DNA from: Candidatus Gottesmanbacteria bacterium RIFCSPHIGHO2_01_FULL_40_15
Lineage (GTDB): Bacteria > Patescibacteriota > Microgenomatia > 2-02-FULL-39-11
Direction: 5' to 3'
Assembly (NCBI GenBank): GCA_001779115.1
Contig: MFJF01000005.1
Location: forward strand, 142,888-206,887
DNA: 64,000 bases
Numbering within the stretch: position 1 is the stretch's first letter; each line of letters opens with the position of its first letter. The notes under the pieces are model-generated. The model was not told the DNA's origin and made no database searches. It worked only from the letters and a program-made list of their open reading frames with translations. This document shows, piece after piece, positions 59,120-64,000 of the stretch. Made by a program: the position numbers and the translations under genes.

Positions 59120-60013
59120 TCAGGTTTCTATTCCCAGACTTTTTCGCAGAATAATCCCGATAGCAAAACTGACAGCGGCAACACCCATACTGATTACCAG
59201 CATTTGGGTAAAATGCTTTTTGAAAGAAATCTGTTGAGCCACCGAAACATAAAAAGAGAAAAAGACTATGATGAGGACGGCAATCATAAGAGTCATAACG
59301 AGAGAAAAATATACCCGGGATAAAATTAGATAAGGTGAAATAAGGAGTAAAACTACAATAAGGTAAGCTGTGCCGGTATACAACGAAGCTCTGAGGGCAT
59401 CTTTATCATTTTTTTCTTCTGATTTTATTGACAGATATTCCGAGGCAGCCATTGATAAGGAAGCGGCCACACCGGTAATAAAGCCGACCAGTGCAATAAG
59501 AGCGGAGTCAGCCAATGCAAAAGTCAGACCGGCTAAAGCTCCCGTCAATTCAACCAGGGCATCATTTAACCCAAGAACAATGGAACCGACATATTTTAGA
59601 AAGCGGTCATTTATAAGATTAAGCGTGTCAAGTTCATGCCTGTCTTCATCGGTTATTATTTTTTCGATGCGGGGAATCTTTGCGGAAAAATCCCGATAAG
59701 CCACTTGGGCATTTTCTTCACCCAACTCCATTAATTTAGTTGTAAACATTAAACCCAAAATTCTGGCCAAGGAGCTATAGAAAAATACTTTTAAGCGGTC
59801 AGCCGGGACATCCTGCTTTGATATTTTTTTCCAAAAGTTATAATGCCGATATTCATCATCGGCAATTGTTTTTAGTATTTTTTTATTTTCCGGATTTTTG
59901 GATAAGCGGGATAAGTTTTTATAAACATAATATTCGGTAATTTCCGATCTCTGGAAATTTTTAATCTTTACTAAATCATCATGATTCATATCTGCTAACT
60001 TTGAGTTTATCAT
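59120..60013 (-). CDS. Rubrerythrin/ferritin-like domain fused to VIT1/CCC1 transporter
   Basis: Two ExxH motifs (DEYRH, DEDRH), LGLNDALVE, SMAASEYLS. Confidence 0.9.
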   Translation of the reverse strand: MINSKLADMNHDDLVKIKNFQRSEITEYYVYKNLSRLSKNPENKKILKTIADDEYRHYNFWKKISKQDVPADRLKVFFYSSLARILGLMFTTKLMELGEENAQVAYRDFSAKIPRIEKIITDEDRHELDTLNLINDRFLKYVGSIVLGLNDALVELTGALAGLTFALADSALIALVGFITGVAASLSMAASEYLSIKSEEKNDKDALRASLYTGTAYLIVVLLLISPYLILSRVYFSLVMTLMIAVLIIVFFSFYVSVAQQISFKKHFTQMLVISMGVAAVSFAIGIILRKSLGIET

Positions 60014-60044
60014 AAAATGCTCAGGTCAGAATTGTTATACTGAA

Positions 60045-61910
60045 TTGATGATTGCATATCTAAAAAATAAATTCCAGATGGATATTTGGCGGCGTAACAA
60101 GACCTTCTTTTTATTGATACTTATCTATTTTGCCGGATTAATCGCGTATTTCAACAGTTTTTCCGGAGAATTTGTTTTTGACGATATCAATACTATCGTA
60201 AATTCAAGAGCTGTTAAAAGCAACTTAAGCTTATCTTCATTATGGGAAATCAATCACAGCCGTTTTATTCCGCTTTTAACATTTGTTTTTAATTACCGGT
60301 TAAATCAACTTAACCCGGAGAACTACCATTTTATTAATTTTCTGATCCACATTGTCAATTCGTTTCTGGTTTTTTTTCTGTTTAATACTATTTTAAAAAT
60401 TTCCCCACCAGGACCAGACACTTCTAAAAAAAGCAGTCTTTTACCTTTTATTACGGCAGTAATTTTTACCGTTCATCCGTTACAAACTTCGGCCGTGTCA
60501 TATATTTCCCAGAGAGCAACTCTTATTGTTTCTTTTTTTTACTTAATGACCCTCCTTTTTTATCTGCTTTCAAAAAGCGGTAAATTAAAAATAAGTATAA
60601 TTTTTTATTTTCTTTCACTTGCTATAACTATTCCGGCTTTAATATCAAAAGAAAACGGTTATTCACTGCCCCTTATTATTCTTGTTACAGATTATTTTTT
60701 CTTTTTCAGACAGAATCTGAAGAATAAAATAAGATTTTTGAAGCCGTTACCTTTTTTTATTTTGGCAGGGACTGTTTTTTATTTTATCTATCTTCAAAGA
60801 GCCGGTGCCCCTTTTGAAGTTACAACCGGCCTGTCAATGACGGGAGGAGACAGAATAATTACGCGACAGGAATATTTATTCACCCAGATAAAGGTCATAC
60901 CCTTTTACATTTATCTTCTTCTTTTGCCCCTTAATCTGAATGTTGACTATGATTTTCCGATAAGTAAAACTTTTTTTTCACCTGATGTAATTATCCCGTT
61001 TATATTCTCTCTGGCAATTTTTGTTATTTCTGCCCCAATATTATATAAAAAAAGGCGGCCGGCAATATGGGGATTAATATTTTTTTTCATAACACTGTCA
61101 GTAGAATCTTCAATCATACCCATTAAAGACGTAATATTTGAACACCGGCTATACCTTCCTTCAGCGGGATTTATCAGCGCTGTGGTATTTATTGCTTCAG
61201 CGGTAGTAATTCAGATGATTAAAAAAAATAAAAAAACCGGTAATTTAATTAATTTAACTGTTATCAGTATCATAACTTTATATATTGTTCTGACTGTTAA
61301 CAGAAATAAAGTTTGGCAGTCAGAATACAGTTTATGGAGCGATACGGTAAAAAAATCACCGAAAAAAGCACGAGTGCGCTACAATTTAGGGGTAGCCAGT
61401 TATGCAATCGGAAAAACTGAAGAGGCAAAAGCCGAATTCGGACAGGCAATTAATCTTGATCCCCATTATTCCGACGCCTACCGGAATTTGGGATTTATTT
61501 TTGAAAGAGAGAATAATTTTAATAAAGCATATTCTTTATATAACGATGCTTTAAGCATAAATTTTTATAACACAAAAAGCCGGGCGCAATTAGCAGCATT
61601 TTATATTAATCAAAAAAAGTATAATGAAGGCATTCTACAATATTTAAAAATTCTGGAATATGATCCGAAGAATGCAGCAGTCTACAATGATTTGGGAATC
61701 ATCTATCTGATACAAAACAGGCAAGAAGAAACAATTAACTCTTTTAAAAAAGCTATCAAGCTTGACCCGAAAAATGAAATTGCCCTTAAAAATTTAGTCA
61801 ATAGTTTATGGCATTTCGGTTTTGACGACGAAGCCCGGAAATATTACTTGAAGCTTATAAAGCTTAATCCGGAAAATTCACAAGCATACCAGTTCATGTT
61901 TAATCCTTAA
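60045..61910 (+). CDS. TMTC-like GT-C glycosyltransferase with TPR repeats
   Basis: FVFDD, HPLQT, SKE, EHRLYLPS, RNKVW, C-terminal TPRs. Confidence 0.88.
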   Translation: MMIAYLKNKFQMDIWRRNKTFFLLILIYFAGLIAYFNSFSGEFVFDDINTIVNSRAVKSNLSLSSLWEINHSRFIPLLTFVFNYRLNQLNPENYHFINFLIHIVNSFLVFFLFNTILKISPPGPDTSKKSSLLPFITAVIFTVHPLQTSAVSYISQRATLIVSFFYLMTLLFYLLSKSGKLKISIIFYFLSLAITIPALISKENGYSLPLIILVTDYFFFFRQNLKNKIRFLKPLPFFILAGTVFYFIYLQRAGAPFEVTTGLSMTGGDRIITRQEYLFTQIKVIPFYIYLLLLPLNLNVDYDFPISKTFFSPDVIIPFIFSLAIFVISAPILYKKRRPAIWGLIFFFITLSVESSIIPIKDVIFEHRLYLPSAGFISAVVFIASAVVIQMIKKNKKTGNLINLTVISIITLYIVLTVNRNKVWQSEYSLWSDTVKKSPKKARVRYNLGVASYAIGKTEEAKAEFGQAINLDPHYSDAYRNLGFIFERENNFNKAYSLYNDALSINFYNTKSRAQLAAFYINQKKYNEGILQYLKILEYDPKNAAVYNDLGIIYLIQNRQEETINSFKKAIKLDPKNEIALKNLVNSLWHFGFDDEARKYYLKLIKLNPENSQAYQFMFNP

Positions 61911-62347
61911 CTACCCGGTGATGGAGTAGGAGTTGATGTCTGATATCTTCCGTATTGCGGATTAAGCTGGATATTTTGGGCTGTAACTGATCCGTCAGAA
62001 TTTTCAGAACCGAATACGACAACCTGACTCCCCTGTTTTAAGTCAGTTATAGAAACTTTTGTTGCCTGATTGATTTGGGTAGTGTCTTTTAATAAAACAA
62101 TTTTACTTTGTTCGTCAGACATTTTAACAGTGAATGAATTCCCGTCGATATTGATAATTTCACCGGCCACAGGCCGGTTATTGACCTGTCTACGAATATT
62201 GTTTTGACCGTTTATCTCCTGGTCAAACTGCCGGAATATATTCATACGGTTAGCGGTGACCTTTGACTGATTATATTTCATTCCGCCAAAAAATCCCGCT
62301 GATAGGGCAATAATTGCGATAATAATTACATAGACCGGTTTCATCAT
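61907..62347 (-). CDS. Exported OB-fold protein (DUF5666-like), efflux-operon associated
   Basis: GFFGGMKY, GEII, GSVTAQNIQ; strong RBS. Confidence 0.7.
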   Translation of the reverse strand: MMKPVYVIIIAIIALSAGFFGGMKYNQSKVTANRMNIFRQFDQEINGQNNIRRQVNNRPVAGEIINIDGNSFTVKMSDEQSKIVLLKDTTQINQATKVSITDLKQGSQVVVFGSENSDGSVTAQNIQLNPQYGRYQTSTPTPSPGS

Positions 62348-62374
62348 TGATAATCACCTCCCTTTGACTTTGGC

Positions 62375-63457
62375 TTAGGATAAACCCTTTAGATATTTGT
62401 TAAAAAAGGTTACTGATCTTTGCATGGCCGTGTTGAAATAATTGGAGAGATTATGATCGTCACCGGGATAGGTAAACAATTCAACTTCCTTACCGGCATT
62501 TTTAAGCTGGAGAGTCAGTTTTTCGGAAAACTCCAATGGAACGGAATTATCGCCGGTTCCGTGATGAAGCTGTAAGGGTCCGGAAATATCAGACAGATAA
62601 TAATTGGCGGAAATGGAATTCCAAAAATCGGGATTTTGTTCGGGAGTGCCGTATTTTTCCGTCATAAGCTGCCTCCATCGTCTGGTTCCGGTCGGTCCGC
62701 CAGCTCGCGGAGAAGGCGACGATGATCCCACCCTCCACCTTGTTAATAAATCAGGATAAGAAGCAACAACTCCAGCCCAGATTACTCCAGCCTTTATATC
62801 TTGCCTTATGACCATATTACGGAGTGAAATAAAACCTCCCAGTGAATGACCCCACATGCCGATATTATTCGGGTCGGCATCCTTATATTTTTTTACGGAA
62901 GAAACGGCATTTAGAACATCTATTGTGTAAGCGTTAGACCCGTAAGCTCCGGAGGCATCACCTTCTGAATTTCCATGGCCGCGGTAATCGGGTTTAAAAA
63001 CTATATAACCTGACCTGGCAAAACCGTCGATATAGGCTACATAACGCTCTGATGTCCGATACTGAAGCGGAGGAATATAGCCGTGATTAAAGACAATCAC
63101 CGGCCAGCCGCCGGCGGGTTTGACCCCCTTGGGAACTGTTAATAACGCATAAATTTTTAAGCCTTCGGACAAATAAGAGGTAATAAACCGATCGTAATTA
63201 TTGCCTGGAGGAAGTGTTTGTTCGATGGTGATTAAACTTCCATTCTTCCAAAGAGCGAAATTATGGCGAAGAAGCTCAATTGACAAGGGGTTATCATCAA
63301 CCTCCAGATCTCCTTCGTTTATTTCCTGATTGTCAGTCATTTCTGGATTGGAAGTAAGGCTAACAACTTGACTTTTTAGAGTAAACTGTCTCAAACCAAT
63401 ATATATGAAGAGAAAAACAACCGGGATAATAAGAAAAGTAATGGTAATTTTATTCAT
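62375..63457 (-). CDS. Exported alpha/beta hydrolase (peptidase S9-like)
   Basis: FNHGY, GHSLGG, GDNSV, DDH triad; start moved to ATG 63457. Confidence 0.9.
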   Translation of the reverse strand: MNKITITFLIIPVVFLFIYIGLRQFTLKSQVVSLTSNPEMTDNQEINEGDLEVDDNPLSIELLRHNFALWKNGSLITIEQTLPPGNNYDRFITSYLSEGLKIYALLTVPKGVKPAGGWPVIVFNHGYIPPLQYRTSERYVAYIDGFARSGYIVFKPDYRGHGNSEGDASGAYGSNAYTIDVLNAVSSVKKYKDADPNNIGMWGHSLGGFISLRNMVIRQDIKAGVIWAGVVASYPDLLTRWRVGSSSPSPRAGGPTGTRRWRQLMTEKYGTPEQNPDFWNSISANYYLSDISGPLQLHHGTGDNSVPLEFSEKLTLQLKNAGKEVELFTYPGDDHNLSNYFNTAMQRSVTFFNKYLKGLS

Positions 63458-63998
63458 AACGCAGTGCTTCGATTGGCTGGAGATTGGCAGCTTTTTTTGC
63501 GGGATACCAGCCGAATAATATACCGATAAAAGCCGAAACTGCAAATGCAAGCAAAATTGAATTGAGTGAAATAATAAAAAGAGAATTTATTAATCCGGAA
63601 ATGACGTATGAAGCGATAATTCCGACAATAATTCCAATTACTCCGCCGCTGAAAGTTAGGATTACAGATTCGGTTAGAAACTGGGAAGTGACTACTCTTT
63701 TTTTGGCACCGAGCGCCTTTCTTAAACCGATTTCCCTGGTCCTTTCAGTCACGGTTACCAACATAATGTTCATAATACCAATTCCGCCAACCAGAAGAGA
63801 AATGGCGGCAATACCTGATAAAAGAGCTGTAAATGTCCCTGTAGCACTTGAAGCGGTATTGAGAATATCAGCCTGGGACATAATCATAAAATCAGCTTGA
63901 GTCGGATCAGTCAGATTATGACGGTCAAGCAGCAAATAGCCCACCTGATTCTGGGCATCAACCATGACTTGGGGACTTTTGGCTTCAAGAGCGATTGA
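63450..63998 (-). CDS. MacB-family ABC transporter permease, 3' part (runs off the window)
   Basis: ISLLVGGIGIMNIM, ERTREIGLRKALGA, PIEALRYE. Confidence 0.95.
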   Translation of the reverse strand, partial: SIALEAKSPQVMVDAQNQVGYLLLDRHNLTDPTQADFMIMSQADILNTASSATGTFTALLSGIAAISLLVGGIGIMNIMLVTVTERTREIGLRKALGAKKRVVTSQFLTESVILTFSGGVIGIIVGIIASYVISGLINSLFIISLNSILLAFAVSAFIGILFGWYPAKKAANLQPIEALRYE

Positions 63999-64000
63999 AG

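Overview
A low-GC, gene-dense bacterial window using the standard code. Its content (type IV pilus locus, orphan solute-binding protein, VanW, GT2/GT-C glycosyltransferases, short ValS/MetG, archaeal-type cytidylate kinase) suggests a Patescibacteria/CPR genome, probably Microgenomates; this is an inference. No rRNA, tRNA or CRISPR array was recognised. Most notable observations: (1) a REP-associated tyrosine transposase bounded by a perfect 15-bp inverted repeat that appears to have replaced all but the first 12 codons of a CIRCE-controlled hsp20 beside groEL; (2) a lexA/umuD-DUF6504-like-dinB cassette behind a consensus sigma70 promoter whose spacer is a perfect GAAC-N4-GTTC palindrome; (3) a minimal, divergent group 3b-like [NiFe]-hydrogenase (large plus truncated small subunit) facing a hypC-like/EamA/DUF6390-like/maturation-protease operon, with no hypABDEF in the window; (4) a 43-58 kb cell-wall and signalling island in which six intergenic sites share an 11-bp-period TCTTA direct repeat. 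The island includes a secreted Asn-rich repeat protein (amyloid or fibre candidate), a stand-alone HisKA mini-protein and a candidate anti-SD sRNA. Family assignments come from motif recognition by eye, not database searches.
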